From a virus (taxonomy: Duplodnaviria > Caudoviricetes), in IMG/VR virus record IMGVR_UViG_3300048073_000020, positions 1 through 54,245 of that record: 54,245 nucleotides of DNA; one strand, given 5' to 3'. Both the position numbers and the translations under genes were made by a program. Each line of letters opens with the position of its first letter. The first letter of the stretch is position 1. The notes beneath the pieces were generated by a model, which ran no database searches, had not been told where the DNA came from, and saw only the letters and a list, made by a program, of their open reading frames with translations. Below, piece after piece: positions 46,982-54,245 of the stretch.

Positions 46982-47216
46982 CCGGCTCGATTGGTTTGCC
47001 TATCGCTGGCGGCTGCGTATACGGCTCGTCTGGCGCTCGGGCGAGGAATTGAATAAGCGAGTCGAGGTCGAGAACGTCCTGCTTGCCGTGGCCGCCGGAA
47101 AGCGCCCTGCGTTGAATCCTGACGAGTGCCGGCGGCTGGCGTTCAAGCTCGGGCTACGCGGCGAAGACTATGCGCACTTCGTTGAACATATAACAACCGG
47201 GCAAGACCCGTTGTAA
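46965..47216 (+). CDS. hypothetical protein
   Basis: ATG 46965 overlapping the primase end. Confidence 0.5.
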   Translation: MRSVLDRLDWFAYRWRLRIRLVWRSGEELNKRVEVENVLLAVAAGKRPALNPDECRRLAFKLGLRGEDYAHFVEHITTGQDPL

Positions 47217-47221
47217 TACGT
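47186..47221 (-). repeat. 36-bp palindrome copy C with spacer inverted: ACATATAACAACCGG-GCAAGA-CCCGTTGTAATACGT
   Basis: Reverse complement has TCTTGC spacer and a perfect right arm. Confidence 0.8.
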
Positions 47222-47290
47222 AAAAAAACCCGCCAGTGATGCGCGTCGCCTGTCGGGGGACTGACCGGCGCTAGGCGTGGCGGGTGTGTT
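47222..47290 (-). terminator. probable terminator at convergence, with unusually long interior
   Basis: AAAAAAACCCGCCA...TGGCGGGT; T-tract on minus strand. Confidence 0.45.
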
Positions 47291-47301
47291 GAAGCTCAAG
47301 A

Positions 47302-47718
47302 TTAGAACGGGCACTCGTCGATTTGCAACTGCTCGGGCTCGGGTTCGTGCGGGGTGTTCTTGTACCAGTCCCAAGGCATGCCGGCGCGCATCGCGTAGGC
47401 GTAGTTCCGATTCCGGTCGGCGGTGTTCTCGGCGTTCCGTTTGATACTGACGTTACCGACAGCATACGCGCCTTTGTCGCCGTGGCGGGCCATCACATAG
47501 CCGTCGGCGGTCTTGTTCCCGCGCTCGTCGAAGTGCCCGGAACCTTTCCACACGTCGAGCCATTCTTCGAACGTCAACTCGAAGGGCACGCCCCGGCGCT
47601 TGGCGTTGCCCTTGTGCTGCCGGTAGCGACCCCGAGGCGACTGCGAGTATTTCTTCTCGGCCGCCCTGCGGTGCTTGCGCCGGGCTCGATCATTTTTTAG
47701 GGGTATTCCCTTCGGCAT
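47302..47718 (-). CDS. HNH-like endonuclease-related protein
   Basis: NAKRRGVPFELTFEEW..YVMARHGDKGAYAVGNV....N. Confidence 0.6.
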   Translation of the reverse strand: MPKGIPLKNDRARRKHRRAAEKKYSQSPRGRYRQHKGNAKRRGVPFELTFEEWLDVWKGSGHFDERGNKTADGYVMARHGDKGAYAVGNVSIKRNAENTADRNRNYAYAMRAGMPWDWYKNTPHEPEPEQLQIDECPF

Positions 47719-47869
47719 CGTCGTCGGCTCGCTGCGTCATATCTTCATCGAGGTAGGTCGGGCTGCGCTCGGCCTCGTAGATGATCCAAGCCAGGAACGC
47801 GAGCATAAACAGAATCAGCCACAACGCTACTTTGCCGACCCACGGCATAGCGGTATAAAATTCGATCAT
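47690..47869 (-). CDS. small single-pass membrane protein
   Basis: ATG 47869 after GGGGGCTCT; VALWLILFMLAFLAWII. Confidence 0.55.
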   Translation of the reverse strand: MIEFYTAMPWVGKVALWLILFMLAFLAWIIYEAERSPTYLDEDMTQRADDDAEGNTPKK

Positions 47870-47881
47870 AGAGCCCCCGCA

Positions 47882-47929
47882 TGTGATGCACGTCACGAAG
47901 TGTGCGCCCCGGCTGACAGGGGCGTCAAC
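47882..47929 (-). promoter_or_regulatory. promoter TTGACG-18-CACACT with degenerate operator (47912-29) and CRP-like TGTGA-N6-TCACG (47882-97)
   Basis: Read directly from sequence. Confidence 0.5.
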
Positions 47930-47934
47930 ATGCA

Positions 47935-48159
47935 TTAGACAGTATCCAAAGCCTTATTTTTTAGCGGGTCGAAGCCGTCGATAACGTACACGGTCGGGTA
48001 GCCGTTCTCGCGTTCGTTCAACCATCGACAGGTAGCGGCGATATCTACGTCGCAGTAGTTCGGCCGAGAATGAAAACGACCACGCTGCCGGGCATCGTCC
48101 ATAGCGATGATGCCGGGGCCGCGTGTTCCGTTCGAGAACACGGGCAAAAATCTAAGCAC
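47935..48159 (-). CDS. hypothetical protein
   Basis: GTG preceded by the start-associated motif AACTAAGGGGCTCAACCC. Confidence 0.6.
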   Translation of the reverse strand: MLRFLPVFSNGTRGPGIIAMDDARQRGRFHSRPNYCDVDIAATCRWLNERENGYPTVYVIDGFDPLKNKALDTV

Positions 48160-48191
48160 GGGTTGAGCCCCTTAGTTATCGGTGTCCGCTG

Positions 48192-48488
48192 CTATCGTGG
48201 GCTAGAACCGACGAACATGCAACGCTTCGATTCACTGACATATAAGCGCAGTTTCGCGCGATGGTGCGCCGGGAATTCTTCGGTTAGAAATCGCACGGCT
48301 TCCTTGCGCGTGACCTCGACCATTGCCGAGAACGTCGCGCCCTGCTCGCGGGGCTTGGCCGGATTCTGCACCGAGTAGGGTGCCCACATTCCGACGTGCA
48401 GGTATATCGATTGCCGGCGCGAACGCTTCACGATACTGACGACTTCGTCGAACTCGAAGCACTCGGTTACTATCGGGTCGGTTTCCAT
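48192..48488 (-). CDS. hypothetical protein
   Basis: ATG 48488 (METDPIV) after AAGGGG. Confidence 0.55.
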   Translation of the reverse strand: METDPIVTECFEFDEVVSIVKRSRRQSIYLHVGMWAPYSVQNPAKPREQGATFSAMVEVTRKEAVRFLTEEFPAHHRAKLRLYVSESKRCMFVGSSPR

Positions 48489-48661
48489 GCTGGCCCCTTC
48501 CACGCGTTGCGGTGAAAATGTCGCGCGGTCATGCGATGCACCCGCGCGATTTCTAAGAATACAGGGTCGCCCGTTTCTTGGTAGCGACGGCACGCGGCTC
48601 GTGCCTCGGTCATGTGCTCGCGACACTTGGCGCGGGCTCGCTTCTCGCCGGCCCACTTCAC
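48470..48661 (-). CDS. small hypothetical protein
   Basis: GTGA overlap with upstream gene. Confidence 0.45.
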   Translation of the reverse strand: MKWAGEKRARAKCREHMTEARAACRRYQETGDPVFLEIARVHRMTARHFHRNAWKGPAWKPTR

Positions 48662-49701
48662 GGGCGGCCCATGCGAGCTGCGTTGGCTTGGTCCTGAATC
48701 CAGACCGCGAAGTCTGACATGCCCGTCAGCGTGTGGAATCTCACGACGACCGAGCGCTCGCCGTTCGTGAACTCTTGCGTTGTTACCTGCGAGATATCTT
48801 TCAACACGAAGTCGGTCGGCAGTCGGTTGACGAGTTCATGCGTCAGCCGGTTTATTTCCTCGGTCTGCCATTGCGCGAAACGCTTGTCGGCTTGCATCGC
48901 GCGGTGAAGCAACACGAAGACCGCGAACACGCCGAGCACCGCAAGCCACACCGTGTCGAACGATCCACCCCCACCGCCGGCACTGGCAGGAGGCACAGCC
49001 CCGCCCGACTGATTTACGGCTCGGGGCTCAATCTTCGCCGTACAGTCGAGCGGGGCGGCCTTGAACGTCAGCACACTATCGGGGCTCATGCTCGGGGCCG
49101 AAGTGCGCGCACGAGATTCGGACATTAACCACCCTGGCCCGGCGTCGTGCGGAACGCCGACAGTGTGCAACAACTCGTGGGCAAGTACCTCGCCGTCGAT
49201 GCCGTCGGAGCGTAGCCGTACTACAGCCGTCGAAAGAATCGAGCAAGCGGGGCCGATTGTTGCGATGCCTTCGTAACCTCGCGTAAGGGTGCGAGTCGTG
49301 AACAATACCGTAGCATCGGTTTTTAACATAGCCTCATTGTCCAAACGATACATTGACACCGCTTCGAGCAGCGCTTCGGCCTTGGTGTGCTCGGCGACGC
49401 GGGCCACCGTAACGGACACTGCCGAGATATCGACGCCGACCTGCGTGCGCCAAATGTAAGCGGCGGCCTTGACGGCTTCGTCAGCCGCAGCGCGGTCGCT
49501 TTCCTGCTCGATGATGACCGACACCTCGAACGTGCGCTCGTCGGCCTTCGAGCACGACACGGCCAGCATTAGCACCACAAGGCCAAAAATCCAGTACACC
49601 GGGTACTTGATGGCCGAGACGACCATCGCTACGAATAGGCCGATGCCGATAGCGCAAAGAATTAGCGCAGATAAGGCGACGGTTAAAGCTTCGTTGTCCA
49701 T
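48658..49701 (-). CDS. membrane-anchored metzincin-type zinc metalloprotease
   Basis: HELLHTVGVPHD with Met-turn WLMS; two N-terminal hydrophobic segments; GGGGGSF + TM segment. Confidence 0.75.
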   Translation of the reverse strand: MDNEALTVALSALILCAIGIGLFVAMVVSAIKYPVYWIFGLVVLMLAVSCSKADERTFEVSVIIEQESDRAAADEAVKAAAYIWRTQVGVDISAVSVTVARVAEHTKAEALLEAVSMYRLDNEAMLKTDATVLFTTRTLTRGYEGIATIGPACSILSTAVVRLRSDGIDGEVLAHELLHTVGVPHDAGPGWLMSESRARTSAPSMSPDSVLTFKAAPLDCTAKIEPRAVNQSGGAVPPASAGGGGGSFDTVWLAVLGVFAVFVLLHRAMQADKRFAQWQTEEINRLTHELVNRLPTDFVLKDISQVTTQEFTNGERSVVVRFHTLTGMSDFAVWIQDQANAARMGRP

Positions 49702-49714
49702 GTTTGAGCCCTTC

Positions 49715-49987
49715 CTATTTAACAAACGGTTCGACGGGGCCACGACGGTCAATCAGGTCGTAGCCGGCTTTCGCGTTCATCGCTGCCACATCGACCGGCG
49801 GGGGCATCAACTGCACCTCGCGCGGCTCGCTGCGGCGTTCTTCGAGCATGCCGACGGCTTCGTCTAGCGTGCTCACTTCAAGAACACCGTAAACCATATA
49901 CGAAAGCTTGCCGCCCTTCGTTACGACCGTTATCGGGCGCTTCGCTGCGGCGTGGGCTTCCGGGCTGATTTGCGTTTCGTTCATCAT
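49715..49987 (-). CDS. hypothetical protein, possibly leaderless
   Basis: ATG coincides with predicted +1 of the adjacent promoter. Confidence 0.55.
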   Translation of the reverse strand: MMNETQISPEAHAAAKRPITVVTKGGKLSYMVYGVLEVSTLDEAVGMLEERRSEPREVQLMPPPVDVAAMNAKAGYDLIDRRGPVEPFVK

Positions 49988-49993
49988 GGGGCC

Positions 49994-50040
49994 ATCGTAC
50001 TGACGGCCCCGTCAGTCTACCGCGAACTACGTCACAACTT
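49994..50040 (-). promoter_or_regulatory. promoter/operator variant: -10 TACGAT (49994-99), palindrome 49999-50016, TGTGA-N6-TCGCG box (50021-50036)
   Basis: Perfect palindrome copy, shifted 3 bp towards the -10. Confidence 0.7.
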
Positions 50041-50340
50041 CGAGCACTGCCTTATGTAGCCGCTCAACGCGTACCAAAACGCCTTAGCAGCGACCTCGGG
50101 CTCTTTGTCTGTCTCGACGGTGCCGTCAGCACGCAGCACCGCGATAAGATTAAGGTCGGGGTCGAACACCCTGATAGCGACGAGGTTGCCGTCGGCGTCA
50201 GTGTCTACGGTCATCGCAATGGCCGGTGACTGTAAGTCTTCGATGCGCTCGGGTTCGGCACTCTTCGCTTCGAGCCCCAAGGCGAACGCAACGATGCAGG
50301 CCGCACCGATCAGGAAGGCACCGATTCCTCGACTACTCAT
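50032..50340 (-). CDS. small exported/membrane protein
   Basis: MSSRGIGAFLIGAACIVAFALGLEAKSA; ATGA overlap. Confidence 0.6.
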   Translation of the reverse strand: MSSRGIGAFLIGAACIVAFALGLEAKSAEPERIEDLQSPAIAMTVDTDADGNLVAIRVFDPDLNLIAVLRADGTVETDKEPEVAAKAFWYALSGYIRQCSKL

Positions 50341-50678
50341 AAATTCAACTCCAATTGGTAAGGGTTCCAGTGATTCGACTTTGCGGCATTCTGCGCCCGT
50401 GTGAGTATCTGCAAGTTCCAAGGCACTGTAAGACCGCACACCATAGGGTGACACAACGGCACGATGTGGTCGAGAACGTGTTCTATACCTGTCGCTGCCG
50501 TCAGTCGCCGGGCTTCATCACGTAGCGCGTTCAGTGCCTTGCGGTCGGTCCACATTGGCGCGGATATGACAGCCGCAACTATGTACGACCTGCGCGGGTG
50601 CCTTTGAAGCCACGGCGGCACGTTGCCAGCGAGCAGCAACGGCCGCAAACGTGGATTGAAATAGCGGGCGCAGCTCAC
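50337..50678 (-). CDS. HNH endonuclease-like protein
   Basis: HVLDHIVPL..VCGLTVPWNLQILTRAQNAAKSN. Confidence 0.75.
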   Translation of the reverse strand: MSCARYFNPRLRPLLLAGNVPPWLQRHPRRSYIVAAVISAPMWTDRKALNALRDEARRLTAATGIEHVLDHIVPLCHPMVCGLTVPWNLQILTRAQNAAKSNHWNPYQLELNL

Positions 50679-50680
50679 GC

Positions 50681-51310
50681 CTAACCCGCGTTTTCATCGC
50701 GCACCCGCCGCGAGAGTTCATCGACGTAGCCGACAGCCGGGCCGAGGTCGGCAACAATGTCTTTCGTCGGCCGACTGCCGCCGATATCTTCCTCGGCTCG
50801 GTCGATAGCGTCGCAAAGCTCGCTTGCAAACGAATACACCGCTTCGAGGCGTGCGAGGCGTTCGGCGCTGACCTCGACCATGCGGGGCATATCGCCCACA
50901 CCGGGCGACGGTTCGAGCTTGGCCTGCTTTATCATGCGGTCTATGACGTTCTTCGCCACCGACGCACCGAGCATTTCGTGCAGTACAACCTCGGCGTTCG
51001 GGCCGAGCGCTTTGCGGACCTGCTCGGGCGTGTAGTCACCGCTAACGATAGCGTCAGCCGCGCAGAAACCGGCAGCGAGTTCGGGCGCTTTACCGACGGG
51101 GCGGCGCGCTTGCTTCGGCGGCTTCCTCGACGACCGTGTGCGGGCGTTCTTCTGCGCCCAAGTGTGCGCGGTGCCGGCGATGGATCGGCAACGGTTGCAT
51201 GTGACGCGCTTCGCCACCGTGGACAACCTCGACGCCATGAGGTCTTTAAGACCGCATAGGCTTTTGCCGGCGTGCTCGCCGCTCGCGTGTATCGTAAGTC
51301 GTGTGCTCAT
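50681..51310 (-). CDS. hypothetical protein with N-terminal His/Cys motif
   Basis: IH..SLCG..RVTCNRC; coupled to neighbours. Confidence 0.65.
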   Translation of the reverse strand: MSTRLTIHASGEHAGKSLCGLKDLMASRLSTVAKRVTCNRCRSIAGTAHTWAQKNARTRSSRKPPKQARRPVGKAPELAAGFCAADAIVSGDYTPEQVRKALGPNAEVVLHEMLGASVAKNVIDRMIKQAKLEPSPGVGDMPRMVEVSAERLARLEAVYSFASELCDAIDRAEEDIGGSRPTKDIVADLGPAVGYVDELSRRVRDENAG

Positions 51311-51489
51311 TTCTTGCCCCTGTTGATTTGGAAGTCGAAGTAATCGGTGCCGCTGACCGGCTCGTCGGGTAGCAGTTTCAACTCGCCCGAGTAGTCAACG
51401 TATGGAACATCGCAGCCGTGCGGGCAGAATCCAAGCGCCCGCCCGTGGGGGCAATCCTTTGCCCCCGGTTTCTCTTGGTCTTCGTTCAT
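51307..51489 (-). CDS. small Cys-rich hypothetical protein
   Basis: CPHG..FCPHGC; ATGA overlaps on both sides. Confidence 0.6.
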   Translation of the reverse strand: MNEDQEKPGAKDCPHGRALGFCPHGCDVPYVDYSGELKLLPDEPVSGTDYFDFQINRGKK

Positions 51490-52310
51490 AGCATGCCGGC
51501 CTCTTTAAGCTTCGCGAACAACGGGGACACCTCGCGCTTGTAGTTGCGCAACGCTTCCCATATTTTGCGCTCGGGTTGCGCCTCGCGCGTCACGTAACTG
51601 AATTCGCCTTTAGTCCGCTTCTCTTCGACTGCCGGGTACGTCACGAGCGCGTGTGGGGTTTTGATCGTGACCGAGCCGCGACGGTAGCCGACGCTGCGGT
51701 AATCGCGTTCTTCGATTGCCTCGATTTTCGCGTCGAACCCTTTCTTGCCACCGATGCGCAGCGTATCGCCGACCTGCCATTCGCGGGCTTCGAGGTCTTT
51801 CACGCGGTAGGCCGGCACCTCTTTGTCGAAGATATCGGCCGCCCACTTCGTCAGGTCGTTGGCGTAGTCGTTCGCGTTGCGCGCGTGTGCCTCGTACTCG
51901 AACACCTCGCGGCGAACGGCCTCGCCCTGATACACGGCGGGCGCTTGTGCGAACGGAATCATTTCTTGTTCGCTGACGCGGTAGGTTTGCCCCGTGCGCC
52001 GGCTGACTTTCTCGACGTTGACGTAACGACCGGACCATGCGAGGTCGGGCGTAGCGGTGCCGTTGTTCAAGCGCTCGACGTGCGCCATGCAATGCGCAGC
52101 GCGTTCGCGTGCGCTCTTGATGGCAGCGTCAGCGAGGCGACGTTCGGCGTGCAGCGACTTCTCGCCCGAGCCGGGGCATGTGCCGACGTAGTAGCCGTTC
52201 GGCACCGAGTAGCCGTGCTTTGCGACTTCGCCCGTGCGCATATCAATGGCCTGCACGCGGATGCACAATTGACAATGGCCCCGGTGCGTGTGGGTGTGCT
52301 TGGTGGACAT
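51486..52310 (-). CDS. hypothetical protein
   Basis: HRGHCQLC..AKHGY..GTCPGS motif. Confidence 0.7.
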   Translation of the reverse strand: MSTKHTHTHRGHCQLCIRVQAIDMRTGEVAKHGYSVPNGYYVGTCPGSGEKSLHAERRLADAAIKSARERAAHCMAHVERLNNGTATPDLAWSGRYVNVEKVSRRTGQTYRVSEQEMIPFAQAPAVYQGEAVRREVFEYEAHARNANDYANDLTKWAADIFDKEVPAYRVKDLEAREWQVGDTLRIGGKKGFDAKIEAIEERDYRSVGYRRGSVTIKTPHALVTYPAVEEKRTKGEFSYVTREAQPERKIWEALRNYKREVSPLFAKLKEAGML

Positions 52311-52311
52311 G

Positions 52312-52437
52312 TTACGCCCCCAAGGCAGCGAGGGCCGCCGCGCGGTTGTTGTGGGCGGTCACTTCGACGGAATCGTCAGCGCCGTACACGTACAGGAACG
52401 TAACGCGGCGCGTCTGGCGGAGAATATAAGCGGTCAT
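52312..52437 (-). CDS. 41-aa small protein MTAYILRQTRRVTFLYVYGADDSVEVTAHNNRAAALAALGA (not in ORF track)
   Basis: First gene after promoter; preceded by GGGGCTCAAACC; stop abuts next ATG. Confidence 0.6.
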   Translation of the reverse strand: MTAYILRQTRRVTFLYVYGADDSVEVTAHNNRAAALAALGA

Positions 52438-52469
52438 GGTTTGAGCCCCGAAGTAGATACGACGGGGCT

Positions 52470-52515
52470 ATCTTGCCACTGACGGCCCCGTCAGTCTAGC
52501 ACTGCGTCACACTTT
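52470..52515 (-). promoter_or_regulatory. promoter/operator element: -10 CAAGAT (52470-75), palindrome 52478-95, -35 TAGACT (52493-98), TGTGA (52507-11)
   Basis: Near-identical to the 34455 copy. Confidence 0.8.
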
Positions 52516-52932
52516 CCTAAATTTCGCAGCGACCTCTCGGCACCGGTCGGCCTTCGCTTGGCAATGCGCAATGCCGATGTTCAACTCTTGGGCGGTAGGT
52601 TCTCGACGTATCGGGTACGCCCCTTGCGCGAGCGCTGCTGCCATGTTGTCGGCCGCATTCGCTAGACGGTTCAACGCCTCGACAATCATCGCTTTGTCAT
52701 CGTCTGTTAAATCGCCCGCCGGCTCGGTCTTGCCCTGCTCGATTGTTTCCTCGGCCTCTCGTTGTTTGATGCGCGCAAGCTCGCGCGACCACCGCCCGAG
52801 ATACCATTCGATGCGCTCGATTGACTCGGGGTAATGGAATGTATCGCCGCTAAAGAACCCGGCGTCGATTTGATCGCACGCGCGCTCGGTCCAATGCTCG
52901 AACCTGCCCGGCCCGTTAGTTTCGGTGCTCAT
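52507..52932 (-). CDS. hypothetical protein
   Basis: Start MSTET at 52932; stop lies inside the repeat element. Confidence 0.65.
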   Translation of the reverse strand: MSTETNGPGRFEHWTERACDQIDAGFFSGDTFHYPESIERIEWYLGRWSRELARIKQREAEETIEQGKTEPAGDLTDDDKAMIVEALNRLANAADNMAAALAQGAYPIRREPTAQELNIGIAHCQAKADRCREVAAKFRKV

Positions 52933-52934
52933 GT

Positions 52935-53687
52935 TTAGCAATCCCCCGCGCAATGGTAGTTGCCGCAGACGTGCTCGCGTGTTCCTGCAGGAACATCGCC
53001 ACCGTAGGTCGTCAACGTCTGGTAGTGCGTTGTACGGTCTTCGAGCGGCGTCTGCACGCGCTTGGTGTCGTACTTGTCACCATCGTCGCGAGGCGTGAAC
53101 CAAGCCCATGCACGCGGCCCTTCGAAGCCGTCGGGGTGCTTGTTGCCCGTCTTGGCCCGTAGGTCCATGAACATGACGCCCCGGCGCTTGAGCTTCCGCA
53201 TACGCTTACGGTTGCGCACGATTCGCATATTGCCGTACCAGACCTCGCGCTCGTCGCCGTGCTCGTCAGTTTCCCACACGGGGTAAACATCGCGCAGGGG
53301 CGCACGCTCGCGGCCGACGGCCTGCCGAATCGATTTGCGGAACCCGACGGCCTTCGTGTGCGCCTCGTCGAGAACCTTCAAGCGGCCGGGCAGCATGTTC
53401 GCCAGCATTCGAGGGGGCAGCCTGCCGGCGCGCTCGTCGTTGGCGACCTCATAAGCGAAGATCGGGCAGTATGGCGAGTGCCGCATACCGATAGCCGGCG
53501 TGCAGTGACACTCGGGCACGTCTCGCTTCACCTCGGCCAGCGTGACGCCGTTCTCGGTGTCGGTGTGGGCAACGCTGCCGGATACCTTGGCCTGCGCGAT
53601 AGCAGCCTCGGCAGCGTCGAACGACACGGCCTGCACGATGCGCCAGCCGATACCCTGCTCGTCTATGTGCAGTTGATCGCGAATCAT
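52935..53687 (-). CDS. hypothetical protein
   Basis: ORF fills the gap in co-directional early operon. Confidence 0.6.
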   Translation of the reverse strand: MIRDQLHIDEQGIGWRIVQAVSFDAAEAAIAQAKVSGSVAHTDTENGVTLAEVKRDVPECHCTPAIGMRHSPYCPIFAYEVANDERAGRLPPRMLANMLPGRLKVLDEAHTKAVGFRKSIRQAVGRERAPLRDVYPVWETDEHGDEREVWYGNMRIVRNRKRMRKLKRRGVMFMDLRAKTGNKHPDGFEGPRAWAWFTPRDDGDKYDTKRVQTPLEDRTTHYQTLTTYGGDVPAGTREHVCGNYHCAGDC

Positions 53688-53690
53688 AGG

Positions 53691-53999
53691 TCACCGCCAG
53701 TAAGTGACGCCATCGTCACAAAGGTAGCCCGTTTTACTCGGGGTTGTTGTAACACCGGATACGACCTTGCCGTCACCGCCGACGCCGACAGTGCTCGCAA
53801 CGCTGCCGGTCATGTGCCCGACGACCTTGCAGTTATGCTCGGCCGCGAAGGCTTCCCACTGTCGCGCCTCGCGAACCATTGCGTAGATGATGCCAACGAT
53901 TAGACCGAGCACAACACCGGCAACGAGCAGAATCAGCGCGTTGTCGCGCCATTCCTGCCAGCGTTGGCGGCGGTAGTATTCTGCGTATTGGTCGCTCAT
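53691..53999 (-). CDS. single-pass membrane protein
   Basis: TM ALILLVAGVVLGLIVGIIYAM; C-terminal YLCDDGVTYWR. Confidence 0.7.
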   Translation of the reverse strand: MSDQYAEYYRRQRWQEWRDNALILLVAGVVLGLIVGIIYAMVREARQWEAFAAEHNCKVVGHMTGSVASTVGVGGDGKVVSGVTTTPSKTGYLCDDGVTYWR

Positions 54000-54208
54000 G
54001 ACTTCGCCCCTTTCCGCTTCGGTGCGAAAACCGTATCGACGAGTTCGTCTGCGTCGTTTTCGATCAACACATGTGAGGCGTTTTTCGTGTACTCGGGGTC
54101 GCTAAAGAATGCGCGCGCTTCGGCGCGGGCGGTGCGCAGGTTTTGCACGTCTTCGTTGCGTGCCATCTCGCAGCCGTTGATATCGCACAGCGTGATTCTG
54201 TAAAACAT
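53996..54208 (-). CDS. small hypothetical protein
   Basis: Start-associated motif AACTAAGGGGCTCAACCC-ATG; first gene after the junction promoter. Confidence 0.65.
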   Translation of the reverse strand: MFYRITLCDINGCEMARNEDVQNLRTARAEARAFFSDPEYTKNASHVLIENDADELVDTVFAPKRKGAKS

Positions 54209-54245
54209 GGGTTGAGCCCCTTAGTTGACTGACGGGGTGCAGTAT

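Noticed and set aside
4-52515. Palindromic repeats as a CRISPR array or integron attC sites
   Set aside because: Copies are kilobases apart with no spacer periodicity; no RYYYAAC/GTTRRRY cores and no integrase; promoter geometry explains them better

Overview
The window looks like one complete, circularly permuted ~54.2 kb GC-rich tailed dsDNA phage genome. A promoter split across the two window ends supports circularity. The gene order resembles Bcep781/OP2-type myoviruses: terminase, portal, MuF, DUF2213-like protease/scaffold, capsid, sheath, tube, short tape measure with a transglycosylase domain, baseplate and fibres, then a lysis region. A replication block follows (SF1 helicase, family A polymerase, SSB-like, Cas4-like nuclease, TopoVI-A-like, SF2 helicase, VRR-NUC, TetR-like, primase-helicase), then a minus-strand early region of small genes. 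I saw no integrase, tRNA or CRISPR array. Most unusual observations: (1) six signal-peptide-bearing proteins in the late region, several with tail-fibre motifs and paired cysteines, suggesting virion appendages folded in the periplasm; (2) an SSB-like gene whose DDDIPF tail sits in the +1 frame behind a prfB-like CTT-TAA-C site; (3) a small protein ending in an FtsZ C-terminal-peptide look-alike; (4) a Nudix domain inserted in MuF between putative protease sites; (5) a dispersed promoter/operator element (ACTGACGG-N2-CCGTCAGT) that also supplies stop codons of upstream genes; (6) three 36-bp palindromes with an asymmetric spacer. All family calls come from motif recognition and synteny by eye; no database searches were run.
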